Below are positions 1-11,936 of a stretch of DNA of 64,000 bases, in pieces. This DNA comes from Marsupella aquatica (taxonomy: Eukaryota > Plantae > Marchantiophyta). Location of the stretch: positions 21,046,260-21,110,259 of the forward strand of contig OZ316897.1 of NCBI GenBank assembly GCA_973895155.1, given 5' to 3'. The stretch's first letter is position 1. Every line of letters starts with the position of its first letter. The notes under the pieces are model-generated. The model was not told where the DNA came from. It did not search any database and saw only the letters and a list, made by a program, of their open reading frames with translations. The translations under genes were made by a program, and so were the position numbers.

Positions 1-134
1 TTTCTCGTAGTTGTTTTTTGAAATGTGGAATTGTCGGAGTTCTCTACAACTGATGTTGCATCGGAGGTTTCGTATGCGGAGCTTGACCCTTACTATCTAC
101 GGCATGCTCCTTTAACTCCATGACCTGGCTGCAG

Positions 135-1146
135 TCAATCGAGAAAGAGTTGCTGCAGCGATTGCAGAGTGGTACATATGGTGATATTTACAACTTTCCT
201 GTTAAGGAGTATGAGAAAGTTCTAGCAATGGAAGAGATGGAAGCTGCTGATGACGAAGAGGACGAGGAAGAAGAGGAAGAAGAAAAGGTTGGATCACAAA
301 TCTTGCTCGCACCAGTTTTTAGTGATGACTACGTAAATTAGCGTACTGGACAAAGCAAGTGAGGATCTGAGGCATGCCTCCTTATGTATATGGTGTTGGT
401 TGAGAATCGGAGGAAGAGGAGTTCTGATTAAAGCCATTCTCATGTTGGTGTTCCATTTTAACAATCTGGTGCTCATCATGTTCTCCCTTTGTCATCTTTC
501 AGGAGCCCGAAGTAGAGTACGTAGAGGGATACGAAATGGAAGACGAAGATGACATTGAAGACTTCAAAATGGGAATGTCTATGAATGACAGCGATGAATC
601 AGAGTCGGAAGAAGGTGAGATGGTTATTCACCTCACTTTTGTTCAAGGTGTTTTCTTTTAGTGCTTTTTACGCATTAGTATCGTGTAAATATATATGAGC
701 AGCAGTATTGAGAGCAATACTAAAGTTCCTTTGGGTTCCCGGTATACACAGAATTGCCGAAGAATTCATCTAAGAGGAAAGATGGGGTTCAAGCGAACAA
801 GAGAGATACAAATAGCTGGGATGATGCAGCAACTTCCAAAATTGCTGCCAAGAGAAGGAAAAAGGGAGGGCACGTTGAGGTATGTTTACCTCGTTAGTTG
901 TTCCTCAGAATCATCGCTAGAATGGTTTATACTCAAAGGCATACTAAAAACTTCGCAATGATTGACAGGAGCTTGCTGAGAATGTACTACTACTAGACTG
1001 CCCCGAATGCTAATTAACATGAGAAGTGACTATCCTAAGATGCATCTAACCCCAATTTATATGCATTCTAATATCTATTTGTGGGGTTTGTACTACAGAT
1101 CGAGTATGAGCAAGAGCAAGAAACTCCATCGATACCTGATTTTTAA
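135..1146 (+). CDS. MAK16: MAK16 ribosome biogenesis protein, last four exons (135-287, 503-614, 752-879, 1099-1146); 5' part lies outside the window
   Basis: SIEKELLQRLQSGTYGDIYNFP motif, acidic tract, EPEVEYVEG and C-terminal HVEIEYEQE. GT-AG junctions keep the frame to TAA at 1146. Confidence 0.9.
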
Positions 1147-2269
1147 GTTTTCAATTTTCAGCCCCATTTTTATCGGTTCATTACTTGTGTGCTTGAGTTG
1201 AAGAAGGAGCGGAGTTTGAGCTCAGAGCTTCTTCGGAAGGAAACTGGAGGATCTAATGCTAGAAAGCCACACCAAATTTTAGTTTGTTTAGTTTTGTTAG
1301 CTTCTTGTTGGGAGTCGCAACCAAGAAAGCAAGTCCTTATCACAATTTTGTAGCATGTACCACTAACATTAGAGCCTGTGGAAAGTAAAGATCTCTTACA
1401 TACAAATATGTTGCACTGTACTTATTAGAGCCCGTCAGATTCGAGCCTGTAGAAATTTAGGTATACTGTACTTTTTCGTTGTGTTTGCCAGTATGAGTCC
1501 TGGAGGGGCTATCATACGGGCAGGAATTTCTTTTGCAAATGATCAGAAGTACTGAAGCAATATGGTGGTTTCATTTCCGAACGGAGGATATTGGTTCATC
1601 CTTAGGATCAGCACTTCGAAATTGAATATCCATGGGATTAGTCGTCGTTACCTGCCTCAGTTACAGTTTCTAATTCGATTTGGGTGTACTAAGAACGATC
1701 AAGCAGGGCCCGAGCGAAGTTTAGGGGGTCTGTGTTTAAAATTTGAGCTCGAGTAAAACTCAGGTTGCATGCAAAAAATGTGTATGTCGTTGTGACCAAA
1801 GTACGAGCTTCTCCCTCTACCTCGTCTGGTTTTCATGCATCACAACGGGCTTGTCAGGTGAGGGTGTCGTTACAGGAAGTGGGGCCATTTGTTACTTTTT
1901 TGCACCAAAGCAAATTGGAGTTACTTCTTGTTCTAAAGATAGACTGTAAATTTTAGAAGATTAAAATTTCAATAAATCCAAATCCTCTTGATGTAGAGCA
2001 AGAGTTAGGAAGTTGTACCACCTCTTAAAGAGGCAATCGAAGATCCTAGACAGTAATGCTGCCTAGGTAGACGCCATACCTTACCAGCCCACACCCGAAA
2101 GCACCTACTCATCTGTGAAGTCAACTACAGCCATTTCCATTATCTAACATACCTGAACAGCCCCTTAGTGCTTGTAAAACCAGCTACAGCCATTTCCGTT
2201 CATTTCATGGTTTCTGGATTTAAATTGCCTAACAAATTCAACCAGAGTTTCATGAGTCAGTCCGTGTCA

Positions 2270-2880
2270 GCAAGAATTTATGAGTACTTGCTTTTTGGTT
2301 TCTTAGGGTATATCTCAAATACAAATTTATGAGTACTTGCTTTTTTGGTTTCTTAGTGTATAACTCAAATACAATGAAAACTGTTTATCTGCAAATTGAT
2401 TTTTACCAAAATTAGTATTTCATACTAAGGCGAATTCTTGCTGTACTAACGCCAATTCTTGCATAACATGGTCAGTGTATATATCTCCCTATCCAGTGAT
2501 CACATTTACCAAAATTAGTGTCTTGTACTAATGCTAATTCTTGTATACATCCATATCCAATTTTACCAAAATTTGTGTTTTGTACTAATCCTAATTCTTG
2601 TATACATCCATATCCAATTTTACCAAAATTTATGTTTTGTACTAATGCTAATCCTTACATAACGATGGTCAGTGTACATATCTCCATATCCAGTGATCAC
2701 ATTTACCAAAATAGTGTTTTGTACTAATGTTAATTCTTGTATATATTCATATCCACTTTTACCAAAATTAGTGTTTTGTACTAATGCTAATTCTTACATA
2801 ACACTAATCATGGTGAAAAGTGTATATATCCTCTTATCACCGTTCACCAGCAGTGTATATATCCCCTTATCACCGTTGAC
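2270..2880. repeat. Imperfect tandem repeats (~61-bp duplicate, then ~57-bp units 'ttttaccaaaattagtgttttgtactaatgctaattcttg')
   Basis: Unit recurs about 7 times between 2400 and 2800; 'aatttatgagtacttgcttttt' is duplicated at ~2275 and ~2325. Confidence 0.8.
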
Positions 2881-3431
2881 CAAAAAAGTGTGTATGTCCA
2901 CTTTTCACTGTAGACCAGAGTGGACACCACAGGAGTTTGCCAGCCAACCCAAAGGGGGCAGAGAGGGAGCAAAATAAAGGACCCAACTTAATGTCAAGGA
3001 TTAGCAAGGAAGACATAGGCTACCTTCCAATGTTGAAACCTGGCCAGATATTAACATCAATTGTATTGCACTACTAACTGCAGTTAGTTTGCTTTTAACA
3101 ACTACACTAGTGGGAAAAGATGGGAATGTACAGTAGGAAGTAAGCTGGCAAGCTGGCAAATGTTCCATTTATTTAAGTTCATTTCAGAATCTTTTGAGTC
3201 TATTTTAGTTCGAGAACAAAAGTGAACCTCCAAGTTTGATTTGGTGACAAGTGCCCCCTAGCTTGTAAAGCCACCGCCTGTAGATCCCCTCGTCCGCTGT
3301 CTTTGTGTGTCATCTCAACTCCTGCCCAACTAAAGTTCTGTATCTCAAGTGCTTTCTCGCAAGTGTTGCCATCGAAGTGCCTCACAATTTCCCTCACTGG
3401 AAACGCAGGAACAAAATGCAGTCATTATTTT

Positions 3432-4744
3432 CTACAGATAAATGTTGGGTGGCAGCCGACCGGGCATGGTAGACGCTGGGGTGTTGCAGGAGGGGCAGTT
3501 CCTTTTCATTGAATTCCACAGAGTTAAAGTGCATCTGAAGCACACATTTGCGTGATTACAATCCTTCCAATGAGCCCGCTGTCGATCTGGTTCTGCTCCG
3601 AACTCATCCATGCAAATGATACATTCCATGACCTGCATACAACCATCTTGAATTGTTATCTGGGCTACCTTTTAAAATACACAGATCACGAGAAAGGGCA
3701 AGAGAGTGACAGTACAAGGAGATGAGCTGAGAGAGATTGCTGATGGACATGCAATTGATGCTAATGCAAACGCTGTCTAGAACCACAAGATGGCTTGAAA
3801 GAATGAAGGACCGAATTAGGTGTTGGAAACCTGCCTGCGTTTTTTTGAACCTGTGGTCCTCCATTACTCTCTTCAGCTTGTCGATCTCCTCATCGCGCTT
3901 GAGGATGTCCTGCCGCAATTCAGCGAGCCTAGCTAGATTTGGCCCCCTCAAAGATTCTGCTTTACATCGTCGGAGATCAGTGTTCCGCTGCTCCAGCTGC
4001 TCAAGCAGATCTCTGCATACTTCTTCGAGATTGCTCCCTTCCTTCTGTGCAGCAGCAAGCTTGACACGTTCGGCCTTGCACGATTGCAACTCCATCGTGA
4101 GCTTCCTAACTTGGTGCTGTCCACCATGAGCTTCTTCTTCCAGTTTCTTGCATTTCGATTTCCACTTATCTCTTTCGTCGCTGCGTAGCTTTAGTTGCTC
4201 CCTTAAGCCATCGATAGCTCTTTCCCGACAACTCGCAGAAGCCTGGCACGCACCCTAAAAGCAAGATTTAAAGAGCAGCGAATGAAATAAATTTAAGCTA
4301 TCGCCGAAGAGCAATTCGTATCCTAATGTACGTAGTCGGGATTATGGACTTACCGACGAGATTGATGGCTGTTGAACGCCCAGAGCATTTCCATTGGGAC
4401 TCCTGCTATTCATAATGTTGAACCAGCTCTCTTGCAAGACTTTTATCTGGGCAGTGTTCTGGCGGATTTGGTCTAGAGACATTTCTGCAAAGAGTTTCCT
4501 CTCTTCTTCCAGGGTCTTCTCAGCCGTCCATGAGCTTCAGCTGCTCGAGTCGCCAGTCTCCCACTTTTATAATGCCATTTAACTTGGCCTCCAATTCGTG
4601 GATCTTCTGGGTGCTGGCCTCCATCCTCATGCAAGATACCTCATAGTTGCAATCATGGTCCTCCATTCTTCGCTTTTTGCCGCGATCTGGAGGTCCCACG
4701 CCGTCAAACATTTCCGCGGGAGTTTCCATCCTGTTCTCGGACAT
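3432..4744 (-). pseudogene. Coiled-coil protein with C-terminal RING finger (putative E3 ligase); exons 4744-4354, 4254-3835, 3632-3432; +1 frameshift in exon 1
   Basis: Last exon encodes CIIC...CNH...CFRC...CPSC; exon 2 is heptad-rich. Exon 1 is 391 nt (3n+1) and hits TGA at 4520 unless one base near 4528 is removed. Confidence 0.7.
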
Positions 4745-5499
4745 CGAACAATGATTCCAAAGTCTCAATATCTCCTCGCAGCTGTTGGGAGAGATTCTGC
4801 TTTCTCGGAATTTACAACTCAGGACAGTTTTTTAACGGCATATCCTATCAAAGAAGGGAACCAAAAAAAGTTGGAGGCCACCAATCCGACACACAAGGAG
4901 AGGGTGTTCACCTATCAATCGATGGGCTGCCCTCGGCTGCAGATCGGGGCAAACTTTTCCAATCGTGCACATCGACCAAATCTAATAAATCTTCTGTTAC
5001 AAGCGTGTTTGAGGATTCATTCACAGAATGGACTTCAAGGGGAAAGAGTGAGAAGAGCTAGAAGGCTATAGAAACCCGTCCTGTCTACCCTAGTCTTTTC
5101 CATCGAAGCAATTGAAACCATTCAATGACCAAAACTAAATCAATGTGTACAAGGGACGTCGCGGGACAGACAGAGGGATTGAATAACACTGAAAGATCGA
5201 TCTTAAACGTTCGTGTCATGAAAGATAATGCATTCGTTCGAACATCATTACGAACGCCGACATCGAAGTCCAAAACATTAAGGTAGAGCTTCCGACAAAA
5301 TGGCAGAACGCCGTACGGGCTCAGCTAACAATACGGTACAGCCGCTCAAAAGAAGTGATGTAAGTACATGACTGAATAATACCTACTGAATGTTCCGAAA
5401 GTTCTGAATGTTCGGCTGCTCCGCATATCCACAACTTCTGAATGTTCCCGCACCCGAGGTTATGACTTACTGACTTGCTGAATAATGGGAGTCACACAA

Positions 5500-5665
5500 G
5501 TTCATGGACATCATAGCAGTCATTCCTTGCCGCGCAATATTCAAAATGTTGCTCGATCCATGTTCAAAATGAAGCAAGTCCGTGCACATCACAGCTGTCA
5601 TTCCTTGCCGCGCATTATTTTACGTTGTTAATCGATCCATCTTCAAAATGAAGCTAGTCCGTGAC
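5500..5665. repeat. ~78-bp tandem duplication
   Basis: 'catca.agc.gtcattccttgccgcgca.tatt...cgatccat.ttcaaaatgaagc.agtccgtg' occurs twice. Confidence 0.75.
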
Positions 5666-7289
5666 CAGTCCGGAACGTTTCTGAACTTAAGTAGCTTCAT
5701 CATGACTGTTCTCTAGTACCGGCATTTGAAGGGATGGAATGCCCCGAGACCGGATTACAAAAACGTGCCAGAGTATGACGCCGTTGTGCTTTTAGTCACA
5801 GAGATAGCGTCGAAATTCCCATTCTCCAAAGTACGATCATCGACAAATCAATTGTTCATGAAAACTTGTGGTGACTAAGCATCTACTATTAACGCCTTCT
5901 ATACGATATGAGAACCGCTTCAACGCGATTCTTCTTCGTCCAAGGAATTCTCATTAAAGAACTGACAATGGCATGTTCGATTCGAGCTAAGTACGTGTAG
6001 AAATCATTCCCGTCACAGCTTAGGATGAGCTTCAGCAGCTGCATCACTTCTGGATCCACTCTTGAATGGATAGCAGCCGGAATAGCAGCTGCTTCTCCGC
6101 AGATCGATCTTCTAACTTGGGGCAGAAAATGAGCCATGATAGGAGACGGGATGGATGGTAATGATCAACAGGCCCAGAGAACCCATTCATCGAAATTCAG
6201 AATCCTCCACATTGTCCGACGATTGCTCCTGGCCTTTGGTGAACGAGGCGCAATTGGCCTCTCGTGACAATTGAACCGTGCGTCTTGCCGCAATGGTCAG
6301 GCAGGACGTACAGGTCTGTTGTTTGAGACTAACTTAATGTGCCTTATATACTGAGGAGATTTGGTCACTCGTCGAATTGATGGTTTCATCGTTGAATTGG
6401 TGGTTTCAAATCAAACATGGAAACTACGCGAACGAAACGGTATGCGTTCTTTTGATTGTAGACTTTACAAAATCATCAGCTCAACTGTGAAACTGAGAAG
6501 TTACGAACAAGGGTTGACACTTCTACAACTTCTACAAACTATTCGTTGGCAAATTAACTCTTCCTTGGCCTGGGCAACGCAACTCTCGGTAGACTGGAAC
6601 AATTCAGCAATACTGTGTGAGTAACATTTTGAATTGCCAATGCAGCATAGTTCTGAAAGCTCAGGTGTTACAAGTTCCTGGAGCAACAACTCTATCGAGG
6701 TCAAAGTTCGGTAATTGATAGTGCTATAGCAAGTACTTGATTTACCCGGCCCATCAACGAGAAACTGAATTTTGGCAGCCTCCTCGAGAAAGGTCCGTAA
6801 ACTTTTGCACTGGTACGAAAGTGGAGAAAGACGTGCCTTTCATGATCAACTTCGGTACGGTAGTAACAGTACAAGTAATCTTGCACGAGAAGTACAGATT
6901 GAACTTGAAGAAAAGGAGAGCAACAAAAAACTTTGGGCGCGAACAGGCGAACAGTGAATATCGTACTGTATTCTGTAATTATTACTGGGCGACTCTATGT
7001 AATAATTAGACAGCACGATTGATACTACACTAACTTACTACTTAGTAAATCACTCATTGAGTTTGCACTTATTAGAGCAATCAATCAATTGAATTCAATA
7101 TAATGTCTAGATGGACCATTATGGACCCGGTTTAACCTTACGGGCGGGCAAGTTGACATCACACATGTATAACCATCAAATGATGGCCCTAAAATTGGAA
7201 GTTTGACACATTCTTTGCAATTCTTCCAGACTCCCTTTGACAATTCCCGGACTCCCCCAGTCTCCCCCGGTCCAAAGAGCTGGACCCCC

Positions 7290-7652
7290 GGTTTGGGGTC
7301 GCAGCCGTGGGGGGCCGGGTAGGGGGCTGGGCTGGGGATTGGGGCTGGGTCTGGGTTCGGGGGCCAGGGTGGGGGTGGGGCTTGGGGGCCGGGACTGCGG
7401 GCCGGGTTAGGGGGTCGGCTATCGTAGGATGGTGGGCGCCTGGGTGTGGTTCGGCGGTAGGCGGCCGGGGGCGGTGGCAGGGGTTTGGGGATCGGGGGCG
7501 GTGGGAGGGGTTCAGGATCAAGGGTAGGTGGCCAGGGGCGGTGGGCGGGGGGACTCCGGGGGTGGGGTCCGGGGTCGGAGGTCGGGAGTTCAGGGTCGGA
7601 GGTCGGGGTCGTGGGTCGGGACCTCGGGTTTGGGGTCGGAGGTCGGGGTTGA
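7290..7652 (+). repeat. G-rich low-complexity tract (GGGGTC/GGAGGTC-like units)
   Basis: Dense GGG(G) runs on the + strand within AT-rich flanks. Confidence 0.75.
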
Positions 7653-8289
7653 CGGTTCAATGACATTTTGACGGAGTTTTTTGGCTAGTTTGGCGGGCAA
7701 GGTCAAACCGGGACTATGGATCGAGAGTTTGACTGTGAATGCCATTAATTATCCATCACTTTTATATTCAATCAACCACATTCAATGAGTACTAACTCTT
7801 ATAGTACAAGGTTGTACCAATTTTTATAGTGATCATCATTCAAATTTGCAGGGCATAAAAAATTTAAAAATCTGGTAAAAGGAAGAAATAAAGACAAAAT
7901 AAATTTAGTCTAATGTGAATGAAAAAGAGTCACACCAATGTCCAAATAGGAGTGAATCAAATGGAATAAGCAAACAAGGATTTCACTAGCACAAAGATCA
8001 AAGAGGATATTCATGATAGGGAGTATTGTACATACTCAATAGAGTGAGATAGTGCATAGTTTGGTGTAATATTGGGATGAGTTAAATTTCAATCAATAGG
8101 GGACTACATACACTTATCAAATAAAACATTATTCTCCCAATATTTAGGGTGATTTTTTACATTCATATTTTGTGTCATTTTCACTACCAAACAAAAATTA
8201 TAAGGTCCAAAGACATAGTAAAGATCATGGCAGTAAAGATCATGGCAATCGCGTTGATGGCAAGGTGTCAAGCGAGGGGCACACTTTTA

Positions 8290-8687
8290 CTTGACAACAT
8301 CTTTTTTACTTCACAATATCTTTCACATAACAAACCATTTGGCACCACATCATCTTTTTACTTGACGACATCTTGGCCGACACAACATCTTTTGTTCTCA
8401 ACGACATCTTTGTCCTCAACGACCTCTTGGCCGACACAACATCTTTTGTTCTCAACGACCTCTTGGCCGACACGACATCTTTTGTTCTCAACGACTTCTT
8501 GGCCGACACGACATATTTTGTTCTCACCAACATCCTAGCCGACATGACATCTTTTGTTCTCAGTGACCTCTTGGCCGACACAACATCTTTCTTCTCAAAA
8601 TCCTCTTGGCTGACACGACCTCTTTTGTTCTCAACGACATCTTGGCCAACATGACATCTTTTGTGCAATGCACGGGTATTGAGCTAG
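8290..8687 (+). mobile_element. Non-autonomous Helitron, 3' part with 30-bp subterminal tandem repeats (5' end not located)
   Basis: Hairpin GTGCAATGCAC, then gggtattgag, CTAG (8684-8687) and host T. Nearly identical to the terminus at 56206-56240. Confidence 0.8.
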
Positions 8688-8784
8688 TTCGTCCACATTA
8701 CAAGACTTTTGGGAGTGAATCCTTGGTATCATTTATTCTTTAATTTTCATGGGGCTTACATTTACTACTTTGCCACCTTGTTGA

Positions 8785-9143
8785 GGATAAATTATTAACT
8801 TGCCATTATTTTTAGATTATTTACTAGAACACCATTTTTTAGCAACAATTAAGCTAATCATTTACATAGTTAACTCATAAGCATCTGATAGCCACATCAT
8901 GCCATGTGTCTGCATCTGTTGGTAAGGATTTCCCTCAACAGATCGTTATCCAACCTGTTCTCCCTTAGAAAAGGAGTTGGATGCCCCGCCACTGCCCTGC
9001 CTGCCCTCACTCGCTGTCAAAAATATTTCCATGGCATTTTTGAATGATTATGAGTTAACCATAGGTGGCTCATTTAACCATTGCTAAAAATGGTGCCCTT
9101 CTAATAAATAATCTCAAAAGCATGGCAAAGTTGTAATTTCCCA
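8785..9143. mobile_element. MITE with ~110-bp imperfect terminal inverted repeats (Mutator-like)
   Basis: 8790-8885 aligns with the reverse complement of 9040-9140 (aacttgccat...agattattt...caccatttttagcaa...gttaactcataa). No TSD is evident. Confidence 0.6.
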
Positions 9144-9147
9144 CAAC

Positions 9148-9322
9148 CACTAGTAGAAAAAGGGGTGATTATGACCCAACTACTTATGACTCACGTGACC
9201 CCAGTCATTTTCTAAGACTCCAATGGGCATGGAAGTCATTTACATCACTTTCTTATGACTAATTAATGTCATAGGAGTATATCAAATAAGGTTTTGGACA
9301 CCCAATGTGTCAGGACCCAAAG
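9148..9322 (+). mobile_element. Left end of a CACTA (En/Spm) transposon, interrupted by the LTR at 9323
   Basis: CACTAGTAGAAAA terminus followed by direct and inverted 'ttatgac/gtcat' subterminal repeats. The right end was not found. Confidence 0.55.
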
Positions 9323-11936
9323 TGTCAGGAATCAAACAATTTACACAACAAATATGTATTTCCTCTTACTAAAATTGTTTGTTATCGTATGACGAGAACG
9401 TGGAGGGACGCTATTCGGACTCTATTGCATGTAGGATGAGTATGTTTGATTCCGCTCCCGGAAGTGTAATTTTTTATCAAGTCTACCGACTAGCCTCTCT
9501 GCTTTTGATCAAGTCCCATGGACTACACCACACACTCCTACTGGTCGTTGGTGGAATGCTGTCACCACCCCTCCTTCTCACAGGGTTGACCAAACCGTGC
9601 AAGGATTCCTTAGACACTTCTTGGGAAAAGAACACAATCAAGAAGAAGAAAAGATAACGCCACACCAAAACTTGAGGAATCAAAACAAATCCATATCTTT
9701 TGGCAAAATGCCGTAACACATCGCAAGGACAACCCGGCCTCTTGCCGTCTGCCCAATTCCTCCCTCACTAGGGCAAGTGCTACACCTTCACCTCACTACT
9801 CTGGCTTGATTCCCTTCTTTTGGCTATGAGCTAACTTCCCTAAAACCAACACTAGAATGAGTTCCCCCCCTCCACTACTCCGAGGCTCTCCCCCTAAATA
9901 CTGGAACCAAACACACCAAAGCACCCCTCACGGGGTCACAACAATGGCGGCTACCCTAGCGGTGCCGCTAAAACCCTTCACGAAAGAAATCCCTAATCCT
10001 AAAGCATGCGGTACACACATGCTCCTAAAACCCTAATCTAACAATAGGATCGATGGTGCCTTCGACGGCACCCCAACATCGCTCCGTCAACCGCGAAAAT
10101 GCAAGGGACCCCATAATTGTCGAAACTAGGTGCCACTCTGATTGCATCTCTGAGCTCACCCTTGGGTAGCCCTTCTCCCCCTGATCATGAATTACCAAAC
10201 CGCTCCCGAAACGGACGTCAGACGACCGAGTTATGGTCGTTTTAGTTTCCCATACCGACCAACTTCGTTGGGCCCTAACTTACTCATCCTGGCTCCGTTT
10301 GAGGAGCGCCGCCTCTTGTTGGAATCAGCTCCGTGAGCTCTTTCCAACAAGCCCGTGAATTCCCACTTCCAAAAAGTTTTCAAAGTCAAGAGGTCGTACG
10401 ACAAGTTCGTACGGCTACCTTAGTCCTCTTCCTCCTCACTCACGGTGCCTTGGCTTGAGTCCCGTGAGTTGGTCTCCTCATCAGTCCTCCTCCTCCTCAC
10501 TCACGGTGCCCTGGCTTGAGCCCCATGAGTTGGTCCCTCATCAGTCCTCCTCCTCCTCACTCACGGTGCCCTGGGTTGAGCCCCGTGAGTTGGTCTCCTC
10601 ATCACTCTCCATTGGAGTGGATACCACTCCGCTAAACAAGGACTCACTTGAGTCCACCTCTTATCTTATCTATCTACCCTGCCTACCAGCCACAATCCTT
10701 CTGATAGTCACCACCGATCCGTTGTAAAAGGAGGGGGCCCCTGTAATTGTCGAAACTAAAATTTTCTCAGAATTCACTTCTGAAAACATATATGAGGAGC
10801 TCTCCTCTTCCTGATCACGGCTCCTTAAACAGTGCACAAAACAAAGGTCAAACGGCCAAGATATGATCGTTTAACTTTTCATGGGGCATCGTCTCCCTCC
10901 GTTTCGTCCGTACAACACCGGGACTTCCTACCGTACGGACGTCCGTACGGCCTCAAAACCCCCGTATTCTAAAAAAAATGCGATTGTTGTATCTCCCCCG
11001 TCTTAGCTCAGTTTTGGCCGTGTGAATCATCATTGGATTCAACTCGGCGAGATCTTTCCAACAAGCACGTAGACTCCTGATTTTGAGATGGTCAAAAATA
11101 TGATATTCGTACAACCAGGGTCCGTATACACGTTGAAAGCAAGCACAAGAGGGAAAGGGTTTAGGGTTTAGGGTTTAGGTATGGGTGGAAACCCCACAAG
11201 TGAGAATAGAGAAAAAGGGAAGGAAGAAAGTGTGAGGGCCCCTTCTATAGATGTGTTCTTCTATGGAGTGCCCCTTCTACGGATGTGTTCTTCTACGGAG
11301 TGCCCCTCTAGGAAGTGGGGAAGGGGAAGAGAGCAAAAACCATGTGAGGACCACACAAAGGGTGAAGGGGAACACAAGTGTGGGAACCCCTTCCTTCTAA
11401 GGGCCCTCCCACCATCACTACTCCAAGATTGCCTAGTTTGCCAGTTTACGGGCATTGAGGTCCCTCAAGATGTCACTGTTTGATATAGACCTAAAATCAA
11501 CTAGAGAACCTAAGTTTGCATGGGGCTCATTGAGGGCTTCAAAATGAATCCAAACATGCCCATGTTTGGAATAGTACTAGCGCAACAACGTCTATTTTAA
11601 GCTTCAATGTTTTCTATATTTTGGTCATTCTTTCCATTTTGCGCCTTACGTGGAGCCTCCGACCAGCCCCCACCCCTCCAAGATGCCCACACCTTGGCTC
11701 CAAGTCCTTGGGCTGCCTTGTGACCTCCTTGTACCCCCTCAATGGTTCCCTTGTCATCCATCACCGCCCGACACCCCTCTCAACTCCGGCCTCCGGTTGT
11801 CACATCCATTTATTAGAACTACAAAAATAAAAAATTTGAAAATCCAAACACTTTTACTACACCTACTTGTCTTGCTACTTATATGCGCAATTATAAGTCA
11901 TCACTAAGTTACTACCGGGTTTGGGGCCCTGTCACA
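9323..11936 (-). mobile_element. Solo LTR (2,614 bp), copy A
   Basis: TG...CA ends with perfect TSD CAAAG (9318-9322 and 11937-11941). 9323-10420 is the reverse-complement homolog of 23415-24510. No gag/pol sequence recognised. Confidence 0.85.
10423..10602. repeat. 60-bp tandem triplication inside LTR copy A
   Basis: 'agtcctcctcctcctcactcacggtgccctggcttgagccccgtgagttggtctcctcatc' x3. Confidence 0.9.

Noticed and set aside
5889-7009. Cluster of short ORFs
   Set aside because: No recognisable domain and no consistent exon structure.
7085-7666. Pro-rich extensin-like ORF of 193 aa
   Set aside because: ORFs are open in several frames because of G/C low complexity; no signal peptide or regular SP4 motif.
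8149-8668. Repetitive ORFs / CRISPR-like periodicity
   Set aside because: These are translations of a 30-bp Helitron minisatellite; there are no unique spacers and the context is eukaryotic.
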